Shown here: positions 26,154 to 41,445 of the stretch, one piece after another
How positions within the stretch are numbered: position 1 is the first letter of the stretch
Layout of the letters: every line of letters starts with the position of its first letter
Origin: Azolla caroliniana
Taxonomy: Eukaryota > Plantae > Polypodiophyta
NCBI GenBank assembly: GCA_043228905.1
Contig: JBHGNT010000002.1
Location: forward strand, 22,506,001 to 22,570,000
Direction of reading: 5' to 3'
Length of the DNA: 64,000 nucleotides
The notes under the pieces: generated by a model
Seen by the model: only the letters and a program-made list of their open reading frames with translations
Databases searched by the model: none
Told to the model about the DNA's origin: nothing
Position numbers and translations under genes: made by a program

Positions 26154-28688
26154 TATGCCTGTTTTCTTTTTACTTGCATCATAAAAGTTAAAGTTAATGC
26201 GAAAAAGTGACAATACATCTTCTTCCATACAATGGTTGTGTATTTAGTCCATAACACTTCAAAGGGTGGAGTTAGTGTGATATCAAGGAATAATAAACGG
26301 TTCTCCAATTTGATAAAACCAAGAGATATTAACGAATCTCAAACATTCCTAGTCATTTAGAATTAACAAAAGATTACTCAATGACACTTGCAAGAAGAAA
26401 TTTTGATTAATATATTAGTATGATTAGAACATTCTAATAAGAAATTATGTAAGATTATTTTCAATTTCTACAATTTATGTGCCCTACTTATATAACCACT
26501 TGAACAAACACAACATTACGTGAATCCAAGGAATGTGGATGTGTGTATGTGTGTGCACGTATGTTTATGATGTTTTCATGGCAAAACATAAAAAGGAACC
26601 CCTCAAATTAAGGGTAATGTCAAAACTACCAAGTTAATATCAAAATATCAATTCTACCCTTGGTAAAAAAGGTGACATACTTAATGTGTTTAACAATCCT
26701 GGCCCACACTCTGCACTTAAACCCCCCTCTTCTCTCTCTAATCATACCTCCACTCACCCTCTCTAAAGTCACATGTCTCTCTTTCTCTCTAGAATCATAA
26801 CTTTCACTCTCTCGCATAGAGAATACAAGAGATGTGATTTTGGAGAGAGTGAGTAATTCGAGACAAATGAGAGAGTTAAAGAATGTGAATCCTAGAGAGA
26901 GAGAGTAAAACACTATAATGAGAAAGATTCATGGCGAGCTTATCATTACACTACATCAGTTACATGAAACTTCATACTAGGGGTAGAACGTATCATTTCA
27001 ATATTTGCATGGAGATCTTTGACATTATTGTTAATACAAGATGAGTATTAACCGCCATACCATTAGACATGCTGTCATGTTGAAGAGATGTCACACAACA
27101 TGAATAGAGGCAAATGAGTTCACATTTAATCTCATCACCAACCAAAGTAGACATACGGTGTTATTCAAGAGCGACATTTTTCCAAAGTAATGTGCTATGC
27201 CAAGACTTTATCTTGAGGAAGAAGCTATTGAAAACTAGAGGACAATTAGCTTATTCTTCGTTATGTATAGGTTCCAACCATATCATATGGTGGTGGATCT
27301 TGTTTCGAAAATGTGGCCTCTTTTTCATGTAAGACTATGCATTTATTTGGTCACAAAGCACCGAGTGTTGGAACAAATCCACATGCAAACAACATTTGCA
27401 CATCGATGTATTTGATCATGTCAAACAACCCTTTGCATGACAATATATGCTTTCGAGCATTACAATAAACAATGTTGCATGCATCCATATATTATTAAGT
27501 AACACTATTTAAGAAGAACCAACAAAAAGCATATACTTGTCCCCATGTTTTGCATCCTCTTGTTTCTTATCAATTGTATCCTCTATAATTTCAATATGAT
27601 AATCTCTATGTCAAAACTTGGAAATTGTTTACAATAAATACACAATTAGGCCTAATTATTTAGACTTGATTCCATAACTATTACCTCATAAAGCAACCAC
27701 ATTGTTGTCAACATGATCAATTCTAGTTCCCATGATGAGGGGTGAGCCTATATTCTATTCATGACTAACGACGAGTTGAATATTCACCATTGTTATATAT
27801 CTATATGTATAGTTTGGGTCATGTGACATGTGTAGGTTATGGATCCGAAGAGGGCCATAATACTTAACTTTTGATAAGGTAAAAATCAATATTTGTGCAC
27901 TGTCACATTTTACAAAAGACCATCACCAAAAATGTTTAGGTTATGCTAATGCCTAATACAATATCACAATATACACTTTAAAAATTTGGCAATAAATACA
28001 TGCATACATATCTATGTATAAATTCAAAATAAGGAGCCCATAAATCTTGAGATAAGGCCATGTATGGCATATATGCTTAGATTGGCACTACATATAGTCC
28101 ATAATATAAAACACTATGAAGCATGTATTTATACCTCATCTAGGTCACTTAAGGTGTTATCCTCGAGTGTAAGCAAGGAGATTCCCTTATAGATTCATGA
28201 ACTTACTTGAGTACAAATCCCCACATTAATGTATCAACAAGATTATTTATTCATAAGATTCATAACTTCAAAATCCTTTAAACTTTTGGGTTCTTGATGA
28301 TGTTTTCATGTTGCATTCTCTATAAAAAGATAACAAATTTCATAATTGATCACAAACACTCTCACTTGAGCTCTTAGACAAATTCATTTACCATCATTTA
28401 AGGTTTGAAATTTACAGTTTTACCGATTTTGCAAAAGACAATGCTAGAAAAGGGAAGATCAAGACTCTTTGGCCAACATGTAGTGCACTTGAGATGGGGT
28501 TAATTTAATCATTAGCTTGAGTGAGGAAGTTCCCTCCCATAAAATGACAAAGATTCATGAATCAATCACCTTGTCACAAGTGTTGAACCCCTTACTATGT
28601 GAGGAGCTCTTACATGAAATTAATAAGAACCAACAAGAGAAGGCTGCACAATAGATTGGTTTGTCCTTTTTATACCAATACAAGGCAT

Positions 28689-28719
<31 letters not shown>

Positions 28720-28784
28720 TCTAAATAATAGCCAATCAATGGTCATCCACTAGCTAATGGGTCCACCTTTATCTAATGACTCCA

Positions 28785-28948
28785 TAACTATGAAGTTGCA
28801 CGTGTGCAAGATGTGATTATACGTGCTAAATGATAGTATTAAAACGAATGTATTATAAGACTATGTTGTGAACACTAACTATGAAGTTGCATGTGTGCAA
28901 GATGTGATCATGCGTGCTAGATGATAGTTTAAAACGAATGTATTATAA
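28785..28948. repeat. Tandem duplication, 91-bp period
   Basis: TAACTATGAAGTTGCA.GTGTGCAAGATGTGAT...AAAACGAATGTATTATAA at 28785 and 28876. Confidence 0.88.
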
Positions 28949-30909
28949 CTTATAATTCTTAACATGCGGGTTGTCTGGTTCCTTTTTTTTAGACAAAAGC
29001 TAAGACTTAAGGTGAAAGAGACCTCTAGGATTTGGCAAGAATACTCTAGGATAGCAAGGGCCAATACCGAACTTAGTGGAAGCATTGCATGCAACAATGA
29101 GTAGAACCTAATAACTGAAACTGTGGAGGCAAGACATGACTTGCGAATGCAGAATAAATTAAAATAAATTTAAGAAATTGTTTTAAGGGTGGTGGTGGTA
29201 GTGAAATGGTATTAGTTTGTACTTGTGTGTGTGTCTCAAATATGATTTATAAATGAAAACAAAAAAGTATATTTATTTATTTATTTATTTATTTTCAAAA
29301 AAAGAATATACTCCTTTGGTTAAAATATACACAAACTCGATCCCTTTCTCGGGAAGGCCGAGCCAAGACTATCCTATCCTACACAAGAGATCTTGCTTCT
29401 TTATCTTACACTTTCACATATGGCTCTAGCCATCCTTTCATGCACATCACCTACATTCACTATCCCACCTGCCATGTCTTTCACGCCCCTCGTTCATCTA
29501 ATGGGGGGGGGGGGATATCCATTCCATTTGCTACGGCCATCGGTGTAGTACTCCATCGCTTTCGAAAATTCAGCCTCATTAGTTCTACAGCATCATTAGT
29601 ACCATCAATCCGCTCATATTGAGCTCTTAGTGTAGTTATTAATGTGTGCCATATTAGTTTAATCGATTCAGTTGGGGGGCGTTTGTGTGCTGAAAATACC
29701 CTCGTACACCTTGTGTCTATACATACATATATATATATATATATATATTATTTCTATTTTTATTTTATTTTTAAAAACGCTATAATATAACATAGATTTT
29801 GTGTTTTTCTAATTGGAAGACTATGAAATAATATTGTTCTTATTCTTTATTTGTATCAATTATGCATTACATATTTATTACATTATATATATTTTTATTA
29901 TGTTATACATATTATAAATCTAAATGAGAACCAATAACGTCTGTATTTATAATCTTTACCTTTACATGTTTATTTTTATTTTTTTAATTTCCAAATAATG
30001 AGATGATCACACTCACGTTCTTCTTTTTACCATTTCTTTTTACAAAATTTATTGTAAATGGAAATCTAAATACCTAATAGCATGTAATGGAGGAGTAGGT
30101 TATATAGAGAAGTGATCGAGCAAAACTTTACAAACAACTTATCATGAATTTTTACACTTATGACGTGCAAAATCGCACACACAAACGTGCCTACAAGATT
30201 TTTCTGGGTGGTAGACCGTAGTAGTACGTACATCACAAATCTCCCCCTGTATTATGTATAGATCCACCTTCACAGCTTGTGACTGACTTGGCTACATACC
30301 TTTTGAAGTAGAACTTTTTGAGGATTCTTGTCCCCTTGTGGAGAGAACTCTCTACACTGGCAAAGTTGTGCCCCCCGGTCTCTAGACGATGTAATAAATC
30401 TCGAGGGGATCATTTTGGTCAAACCTTTGGAATTTGTGTTCTAATCATGGTGTTGAAACTGCCACCCGCGAGGACCTTTACAATATCATTGATCTTTCGA
30501 CCTTGGTCTGGCCTCCAAAGTAGGCACCATAAAAGTTATTAATGCGCCCTTTTGGAAAGAGTAATATAAAACATTACAATAGAAATATTAAAACATCACC
30601 ATAGCTCAAGTACCTCAAGACCATGTCTTCAATTCAATTACCAATACAACCATGCCTTCTACACTAGATTGTTTCTCGCATGTCTCTCCAAAAAGTGTGT
30701 TTGTGTTTGTAGCACGTCTCTACGAAAGCATGCTCATATTCCCAAAGATATTAGATTAATCCTCCTCTTTACTTTAAAGGTAACAAGAGCCAAGAACCAT
30801 GCCGCAATACTATATATCTATCGTCTACCATGTAACTTGCACCAGAGCGGTGGTTGCATAATGCATTCTTCGAAATCTCTCATGGAAAAAGCACAAACCA
30901 CGTTGCCTA

Positions 30910-31245
30910 TATCGTCCTTTGATGTGCAAAACAAACATGTCATTTTCCGAGTTAGCTACCTCATTAAGTACCAAAATGCACTTGTTAAGCCCACTTATTT
31001 CTCGAAATATGCAAAGCTTGAAAAGAAGATACACCAAAATTTACTTGTTGATTGTTTTGAAATGTCTCGCTATAGCGGATTTTACCAATATCGTCCTTTG
31101 ATGTGTAAAACTTATCAATTCCGACTTACCTAACTCATTTAAGTACCCAGTTGCATACATATCGTGTTGTTTACTCACGTTATTTCTCAGAATACGCGAA
31201 GCTCGAAAAGAAGATACAGATCAATTTCACGTGTTGACAGTAAAA
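30910..31245. repeat. Diverged tandem duplication, about 179-bp period
   Basis: TATCGTCCTTTGATGTG at 30910 and 31089, each followed by TTATTTCTC...GAAAAGAAGATACA. Confidence 0.8.
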
Positions 31246-33615
31246 ATCAATTTCGAAGTTTAGCTAGTATTTTGAGTCCTCCTACTAGTTTCCTTTTCAA
31301 GTCTAGACATATCTCAATAGATAATCGTACCATTACTAGCAAAAAGGGAAATGTTCGAACCTTACACTTACATGGTCCAAAAAATGACCAACGTCCAAAC
31401 GATTACGAATGCATGGCTTGTTACTGTTGCTTTGTTCCCTTAAATCTTCATAGTAAATAGTGTTCACCTCGCATAAAGGATACAACAAATAAAGAGTAAA
31501 ATATATTTGAACGCATTGTGCTCTTGCAATCGACAACATGACAATGAGATCATATGATAGCCTCACAATATATGGATAAGATATCACGATGTGTGAGTTT
31601 CCATTTCACCATTAACATATAATAGGCCTCCAAAATCCCACGCGTAAATGTTTCATAAAACTTTCCTAAGTTGACTAATTGTAGTAATAGTGTGTCCCAT
31701 TGTTCATATGATGATCCCTTGAACTCAGACAACCTTTTCGAAAATTCTCTATTACACCAATAAGAGAAACCACATTACGGCTGTCACAGATCAAGTTAAT
31801 TCCAGATTGTAACATTCTTCGTTAGAGGGGGAGAAAAGCAGAAGAATGTACCATGTGTCCTACAACAATTTTACATGAGAAGTTGGCATTGGATGTTATG
31901 AACTCTTTTTACATTAGAAATGTAGTTGCTTTCTGTGTTTGTTTTGGGGTGTGATGTGTTCAAGGGTCCCTACCTCAATGTTGCCGACAAAAAAATCAGA
32001 GGAGGAGAAAGATTTGATGATCTTTTTTGCTTGGGGTCCTTTGCTTTCACTTTATCTCTGTTGGGGTCCCTATTGGAATACTTGACTACCAACACACAAC
32101 TGCATGACTCATCCTAGCCTTACAAAGCCAAGGTGAGTCCCAAAAAATCCTTCCTTATCCCCATTGATCCATTTATAAATCTATGGTATCCATCAACTCT
32201 ACGTCCATATTCGTTAGTTCCTTAATGGTAATCGTAAACAAGGACAAATCGTTCCCATAATATGCTTATGTGTGGGCACATGTAATAAGGAAACTCATTA
32301 GGCTCTCAAAAACATGGAAATGTAAGACAAATTACTATGTACATTGCTAAAATATTGCATAAGTACATTGCGGAAATATATAATGTATCCTGTATTCTAC
32401 CATTCATTCAAAATCAAGGATTAACTAAGGGGTTCATGCAAATCAATTCACAGATTGTAGTTTTCCCATATTGAAATTCCTTCTCAAGCCAAAGATGCTA
32501 AATTGTCATAAATCCATCTTATCCAATTCATTGATGGGGAGAAGTAGGGGGGATCATTAATGTTTACTATTCTTGCTTACATTTATTCATTTCATTTTAT
32601 TGAATACTATTTAGGTGGATCCTATGAGACAATACAATTTAGGAAGGTTCCCCTTTTCTTTTAAGAATTAGATTCCAAGGTTAAAAAGTTTATAGATTCA
32701 ATATCCAATCCAATTAGATTCATCGATATTCTTTTTGGTTGGCCATTTACTTGGATCCCTTTAAAAGAGGATCCTCTTTTCTTAATTCAAAGTGGATCTC
32801 AAGAAAGAGAATTGACATGTATAATTGTCAATCGAGTTGAGAGAGCAAATCCTCTGGGGAGAGGGGGGCAATTAAAGAATGAATTGAATTAACCACTCAA
32901 ATGTACACACACTCATAATACACACAAAACACACTTCCAACATTCAATACAGTAATGGGATTGACGAGGAGAAGACCTAATACTATGTACTAGAGAATGA
33001 AATTCCTGAATTAATTGGATTAGTTTTTTTTTTAAAAAGAGAAGAAGCTCTTAGCATACAAATAAATGGAAGGTCTGCAAAATAAGCTCTTGCTTAACCC
33101 TCCATATCAAGAGGAAATCCCTAGGAATCAAAAACCTTATTGAGACACTCACACACACACTCTCTCAAATCACTCTTTTAACTCTAAAAACTCTCAAAAC
33201 CCAAAATTGTGTTGCTTGGGAGGGCCTTTTTTTTCCTATAGAATGACAGAAAAAGATAGCCCCCACACCAAGGTGGAAAATTCCAAGCAACTATATATAA
33301 TATATGTATATGTATATGTATGTGTATGTAGTTAATAAAATAACACTGACATTTTGCATGCCCCTAACAAAAATGAATCTTACTCCCATTACTCAGTAGT
33401 ATGGCATGGCATGGCATACATATGAGGCTAATAACATTTATATATATATATATATAATTATGTGATGAATGAATGAATAAATGAATGAATGTATGCAGTA
33501 AGGGATGTTATGCATGTATGCATGCATGATGAGACATGACTTCTCATGTCATGTCATGTCATGGCATGGTATGGTATGGTATGGTATGGTATGGTGTGGA
33601 TGTGGGTTTTCATCA

Positions 33616-36076
33616 TCATGCATATAAGCATTCTTCTGACACATTGATCCATGTCATGGCTTCTTCATCCAATTCAAAGCTTGTAAGACCATCATCATCT
33701 TCATCATCATCTTCTTCTTCTTCATCTTCATCTTCTTCATCCATGTCATCATCATCGCCATCGCCATCATCATCATTATCATCATCCATATAATAATCTT
33801 CATTATACTTGAAGAATAAGCATTCCTCCTCTGCATCTCCTCCTCGGCCACCAAAATCCATTAATTGAGCCCCCCCATCTGAAATGAAACAAAATCCAGA
33901 AGAAGCACAAACATACAGATTCAGTACAAGGCGGATATTAAAATGTATGACAAAATTAATCACAATGGATTCTGCGCATTGAAATATATAAATTAATCAC
34001 AACGGATTTTAAGGATTGAATTAGAGAGTGCAGGATGCATTTGATGCCTAAAAACTTTTCTTTTAACATTTGTTTGAATGAAACAAGAAAAGAGGATTAA
34101 TTAAGTAACACACGAGATTGAAATCGTCTGTCCTTACCACTTTTGGCTTGAAGATTAGCCTTCTTTAAGATTGGCGATGGGGATGTAGAGTTGAGATGTG
34201 GATGACTAAAACCACGATCAGAGAAGCCATTGATTTCAAGAACAGAGGAAGGAGAGAGAACCATCATATGATTCTCATCACCATGGTGGTGGTGGTGATG
34301 AGCCTCCACAGACATTAGAAGAGGGCCTTTAATCTCTTGATCTAAAACAGAAGAAGGGGAGCAGCTTCCAAAAAGGGAGTTATAATCACCGCTACCTTCC
34401 ATGTCAGGGTAGCTATGGTGAGCTCCAATACTAAACTTACCATGATCAAAGCCACAGCTAACTGTAGAGGAGATGTGAGGAGGAGGGGCAAGGATGTTTA
34501 GGTCATTGGTAGCAGACCAGTACTCATCATGGCAATCATTTATGTATGTGGTGAGGTTGTCTAGCTGATCATCAGCAGCAGCAGCAGCACAGTAAGGATG
34601 AATCTCCTCCACAGAGAAGCTGGGGCTGATGCATTGGCTGGAGATCAAGGGGGCTAAAAGACTGTCCCATGGAGTGTAATTCTGCAGGTTATCACCATCT
34701 AGGTTATCGGTGATGAAGGGAAGGTCAGGATTAATGGAAGAATTCATGGATGGGGATACTGTATCATCAAAGATTAATGGAGGGGATGATGAGATGAGAT
34801 TATTGCTAATGAGAGATGGACAGGAAACTGAAGATGGAGAAGAAGAAGAAGAAGAAGAAGAAGAAGAAGAAGAGGAGGAGGAGGAGGTCTGATTGAAATT
34901 TGTAGGGGCTAAGGGGCCCTTGAGCTTTCTGGCCGCCTTGTCGTAAGCCATGGCTGCCTCCTCAGCCGTTGGATAGGTGCCCAGCCACAATCTGAGCCCT
35001 TGAGATGGGTCTCGGATCTCCGCCGCCCATTTCCCCCACCTCCTCTGCCTCACCCCTATATACCTGCTCCTCCCACCCCTCACACCACCACCATTATCAT
35101 CCTGACTCCTGATTATGCTCTTCTTCTTCTGCTGCTGCTGCTTCTTATTCTTCTTCATCTTCATCTTCATCTTCATCTGGATCGCCATCGCCTCTTTCTC
35201 GCCATCGCCATCGCTGTTGGACCTTCCCTTGCTCCTCTGCTTTTCCTTCTTGTGCTGCTGCTTCATCATCACCAACGCAGGCCCACTGCCTCCAAGATTT
35301 TGATGCCATTTTGATCTCACTAGACCACCATCACCATTACTGCTACTGCTGCTGCTGCTGTTGTTGTGGGGCCTTTTCGCAGAAATAGTGAAGTTGTTCA
35401 TCGGTTTCCTCTTAGCAGAAGCCACAGCGGAAGAAGAAGAAAATGAAGAAGAAGAAGAGTTGTTGCAGTACAGACGAAGTAGAGATATGATGCTATTCTC
35501 CTCATCATACAGATTACTACCAGATTTAGTAGCACTCTGCTCGGCTGAAGAATCCCTGACATTGTCGCCATGATTATTACAATCCTCGCCGTCTTGCAAG
35601 GCTTCTGAAACTGGCAATGCAGGGATGAAAAGCTCTCGAATCACTCTCTTAACCCTAGCCGGCTTAGCGGTAGTAGTTCTTTTATGAGGGCCACCAGTCG
35701 CCTGTTTTAGCTCCAGATTTAGGTCGCCATTACCGTCAATGGCACCTGCTTCGTCGTCTTCATCATCATCATCATCATCATCTTGTTCATCACTTGACGA
35801 TTCAGTGGCATCCGGATCAGTGCAGACCAGACGAACACGTCTCATATGGTGATTGCTATTGGCAGCACTGCTAATACTAGCAGTAGCAGTAATATTAGCA
35901 GTAGTATTAGCAGTTTTATTAGCAGTAGGATTAGCAGTAGGATTAGCAGTAGGATTAGTGATAGGATTAGTGATAGCGGCGGTGGTAGTGGTATTGTGAT
36001 TACTCTTCTTTAGTATGATAGGCGGTTTGGAGGGCTTCCTACTCATTATGCTCCAATTCTGAGACAGAGATGGCAT
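33616..36076 (-). CDS. Cytokinin response factor (CRF)-type AP2/ERF transcription factor, 733 aa, two exons
   Basis: CRF-domain motif [21 protein letters not shown]2 domain [47 protein letters not shown]. Two SPSSVL motifs. Exon 1 36076-34138 (G|GTAAG), exon 2 33878-33616 (TTTCAG|AT), phase 1, ending in the acidic tail [20 protein letters not shown]. Confidence 0.9.
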
Positions 36077-37525
36077 GTTTTTTTATTTTTGGGCGGCTGA
36101 GTAATCGATTGAATTATATATGTGGAAGAATTTAAGATATGATGGTGGACAAGAGAGATAATTAATCAGAAGGAGATGATGGATAGAGAGGAAGCAGAAG
36201 AGGGGCAAAAAAACCAAACACACAAAAAAACAGAACAGCTCGCTCGATTTCTATATATAGAGGATATAATCATATATATATATATATATATCTGATTACT
36301 AATTTCTTCGAAGATTTGAGGCGGCAGCTGCAAAAAGGTCTGATTTGAGCTGCTGATTCCTAATTTCGCTTAGGCTTTGTAAGGGAGAGAAAGCTCTGTT
36401 TCTTGCTCCTCTTCAGTCAGAGAGCAGAGAGAGAGAAGGGAAAAGCTCTGTAGTTGTCTTATCTTTCTTTTTTTCCTTTCTTTCTAAAAGAGAAGAGGAA
36501 GAGGAGGCGCACATATAAATATATACATGTATATATATGTAAAAGAGACAGAGGGGTATTTCCGGAAATAAATTAAAATAGCGAGGTGTGATCTCGGTTG
36601 GGCTCAGAGGGGCAACCGCTAGGAAATATCAGAAACTCCCAAATCCATTCCATTCATTTTTTCATTTTTTTATTTTTTTCCTTTATTTTTCATTTTAGAA
36701 AAATAAATAAATACAAACTCTCCCAATTATCCTCTCTTTGGCTTCAGTAAAACTTTTTTTGAGAGCCCGAAGTAAAAATCAACAAATTTAAACTAAAATT
36801 TTAATTCCCTCTTTTTCCGCCCTTTTTTCTTTTCTTCATTTGATTTATTTTTTTTGTTTTTGGTTTTTTTGGGGAGGGGGGCCGATGCGTGGAGCTATAA
36901 TAAATTTTCGAAGAGACCAATTAGATTTAAAACGGAGCTTTTTTAAAATAAATAGAAACAAGATAATAATAATATTATCATATATTACATAACTTAGCAA
37001 GAAGCCCTTTTTTATTTGTTTTAATCAATTAAAAAAACAGAGGAGGAGGACTTTAAAAGGAGTAAATAAATAAATAAACAAATAAATAAATGATGGTATA
37101 TGTGTTTTTATTTATTTTATTTAAAGAAGGTGCTAAAAAAGAGGGGAGGAAGGGTTTAGGGTTTTGAGAGCTTAAATAAGAGGAGATGAGAGAGAGAGAG
37201 AGAGATTATAGAAACAAATATCGCAGCCGCCACCGTTAGCGGGGGCAGCACAAATTTAGGGCTAAATTTTGAAAAGACAGCTCCGCATCCGAACACGTAT
37301 GAAACGACCGCTCCGCCCCTTCGTTTGTCCGGCCATGTGTGAAACCAGACTTCCACCTATGCCACATATAATAATTATGTATTATTGTATATGCTATTTA
37401 ATTACATATGGTTTACCTCGTCTTTGGGGTTACTTTTGTAAATTCCCATAAATTTATTTTTAGTTTTGCTTTTTGCCCCCACCCTCTTGAAAAAGGAATG
37501 AGGAGTACGAACCTCGAATTGGCTG

Positions 37526-38048
<523 letters not shown>

Positions 38049-38139
38049 CTACCTCCAGTCAATTATTTTGACTCCACTTTTCTGGCCCTTTTTTGTCGCA
38101 TTTACTTGCCTCCATATCGATCTCTCCATTTACTACTCT

Positions 38140-38256
38140 TCCCTTCTTCTTCTTCTTCTTCTTCTTCTTCTTCTTCTTCATCTTTTGTCCAATCCCCATG
38201 TGTGTGCAACTTCTTCTTCTTCTTCTTCTTCTTTTGTCCACTTCCCATGTGTGTGC
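38140..38256. repeat. (CTT)n tracts within a short direct repeat
   Basis: (CTT)n-TCTTTTGTCCA..CCCATGTGTGTGC occurs twice. Confidence 0.85.
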
Positions 38257-41200
38257 TCGCATCTTGGCCTCTTCATCCAATCACTGAGCTAAGTGACCCT
38301 CTCGATGCCCAACAAACTTAAGATCTCGACCTTACCGATTGAGAAGTGCCTAGCGAGAAAATAATCAGAACACAATAACAAAAATGCGTTCGTCGACCAA
38401 TTTAGTGTGATATGCTCCTGAGTCACTAACTTGTTTAGCACAAAGTTAGTGTTGAAGCAACCCACCCCCCCCCCCCCCCTCCCCCCAAACACCCCACCAT
38501 CTAACATCGAAGACACTTGAGCAAAGGTTGTGTTGAAGCTATGAATGGTGTGGATGTCAAATGAAAGGACATGCTCTATGATCTATGTGCAAGTGCACTT
38601 TCTTTGTACAAAAACAAGACTTCATGGTTGGTGGAACACATGTAATATAATGTGTGAAACATTAGTGTCCACATCTCTTCTCAGACTTTGAACATTGGAT
38701 TAGCTTAGCATGGTCAAAAAGCCTTGTTCGCCTAGGAACTATTGAGATATCATGAAGCGTGTGTGTGTGTCAAAACATTCATTTGGATCTTACATCCTTT
38801 TAGAGAGCAAAGGAGGGATATATAGATCTTGGATGTATTTTTAACATCAGTGGGAGGTAAATAACAATCTATGAGATGGGGCCTAACAACCCATGGAGTG
38901 ATAGAGGCTAAGAGTTTGATATTTTATGTATTTTTAAAGATATATTAATCATTTAAATCATAATTCTTTCACTTAGGAACTCCAAATTGGATGAGGTATA
39001 TCTAGAATCAAAGCTACCAACAAGCATTACACATCCATTCAAAAGCATGAAATTATAGAAGTGTACTTATAACCATAAGATATAGTGATTTGAGAAAGTT
39101 TTGATGAAATTGTGAACATGTGAAACCAATGTGAAATTGCTTGTAGTAGAGATAGTGATAGAGAAATCACACGCACAAATTAGACCCAAGAGATGAGGAG
39201 GAGATGATTAAACAATATCAAGTTATGCTTCATGAAGTTAATAACTAGGCATTAAAGGACATTCTACTTCAACTCGATGATGTGTTATGATAGAGTGTAG
39301 AGTTTGAGGACATTATAGTAGAGTTACAAATGTCACTAAGGGCATGTCCTAAGCCTTTTCATGTTTAATGATAGAGGTGGACAAGTTTGTTGGTGGTTTT
39401 TAGTTATGTTGGACTATGTTAGTGGTAACAATGTATACAAAATACATGAGGGGTTATTCAAGTTATATTTCAAACATGAGAGCAACATAACAATTTTTTT
39501 TCCTTCCTTCATTTCTTTTCAATAACAACTTCATATACATTGTCCCATGCACATTGTCAGTGAAGGGAAGTTGAAGCAAAAGTACGTTACTTGTGTTGAG
39601 GTTGCGTGCAACTTGTTTACATTATTTTTGTTATACAATAGAGAATGGTGTAGGTTGGGGGGTTGATAGTGCAATCAAATGCTAATTGTAGAATCAAATA
39701 CACACTATGTGTATTATGAAGTAATATTAAAGTTCATTGTGGTTGGGTATAATAAAAACATAGGAGATAAGGTCATTTTGGTGCCAATTGAGCTTGAGCA
39801 TCTTTGACATTTGTCATTGTGTGAAATATGATCATCCTAGGCACTTTAGGGAAGAATACCACTGGACATTGATTATTCAGGTGCCTCATACTCCTAATTA
39901 CATGTCATTGACAAAGCAATAATTATGGGGAATACATAAAAGAAATATGTAGTATGATGATTTTGGATCAAAAGGAAATGTTTGCTTATTATAACAAGAA
40001 ATACGAGTGAGATTCAACCTTGGGGGAGACATTATGGTTACTTGATATCGAAGGGATGAAACCAAGGATAAGATGCGATGAGTTCTTCCGGGAAATCTAC
40101 TATGTTTCCAACACTCTTGGATCAACATAAAACCACTTTTTGCCACTTAAATTGGGATGTTTGCTTATCAACAAATGTCCTTTGACCCACTTATAAGAGA
40201 GACTTTGATCACATTATTGTGTCAAACGTTCATAAAGGGGTCAATATATACATAGAAGACTAATGTCACGACTCAAGTCCAAGAGAATACCTCTCTTTCA
40301 TTAGGGCGAATTTTGTGGGAATACCAAATACCTGTAATATATTATGTGATATTATTGAATCTCTTTCCATACATGTAAATTGTAATGCCTAGATAATACC
40401 TCTCCTTTCTTTATAGGCTATGGTTGAATCACATTCTTTCCAACTTAAATCGGAATCAAACACACCCTCGGCCAAAATTAGTGTGGGAAATCTGAGTAGT
40501 GGGTAACATATAAATAAGTTGAAATAGTCATAAAAACAAAGAAATAAGTTATGATTTATGCCAATCATAAACAAGAAGGATTGAGTGTTGAGAGATTCCC
40601 GAAGGCTCGTGGGAAATGGGTGTCTCTGCAAGTTTCACTAGAATTCTCTTGTATAAATAAAGCCTCATCGAGCACTTATTTTGTGTTGAGATGTCGTAGA
40701 TGACGATTAGCCGACTTGGTCAATATGAAAGTATGTCTCCACAAGCCCACATGAAAATTAACATTCTCATGTGGAGAGAGCCATGCTAAGAACATATTTT
40801 GTGTTGATGCGTTAATGTACGAGTTTAACTAATTGGGAATTTCACAAGGAATTCCGTTGTCCTTGCTCTCGTGATTTCTTTCCTCTAATGAAGGTCACTC
40901 GTGAATTTAACTTGTATGTACAAATCAATTTGGTGAGTAGATTAAAAGGATAATTATCATTATAAATCCCATAATGATAGACTTACAATTACTTTTGGCA
41001 AATTGAACGAAGATAGCCTAGATTATGTAATTTGTGGGTTCTTATACACAAGGTGAGAATTTCTAAGGGAACAAAATGATGGGGGGGGGGGAGGGAGGGG
41101 GGGAATCCTTGAATTTCAGCATGGCAAGTCTACGATCAATGACAATGTTGCTTGGGCCATTGTAGGCTTCCTCCCACGTACTCAAGTGATTTGTTACCAA

Positions 41201-41445
41201 AATATTTTGTTTGTTGTAGGTGCTTGGGTGTTTGATTCCCCAAGTTTTTGAACTTGAACATTTGATCTATCTTGCTAGTTATATAACTTCCAAGTTCCAA
41301 GGGCTCTCTCACTAGATAAAATTAGTATTCGTTCTTTTCACATGCACCATTACTTTCTCACTTGACCATGCACTAGTCTTTATCCTTGCACGAGTGCTTG
41401 ATTTCAATACAATGTCCTTCAATATATTTGCATTAACCACACACA

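Noticed and set aside
26605-26700. Mutator-like TIR start (GGGTAATGTCAAAACTACC)
   Set aside because: No matching opposite end or TSD could be located.
34097-34137. Single-exon end of the CRF ORF (659 aa)
   Set aside because: A strong GTAAG donor and an in-frame acidic exon downstream favour the two-exon model.
36077-37360. Conserved peptide uORF of the kind known upstream of some Arabidopsis CRF-like genes (MRLRPKR-like, from memory)
   Set aside because: The short upstream ORFs I translated (e.g. MAGQTKGRSGRFIRVRMRSCLFKI, MCASSSSSLLER...) show no such similarity.
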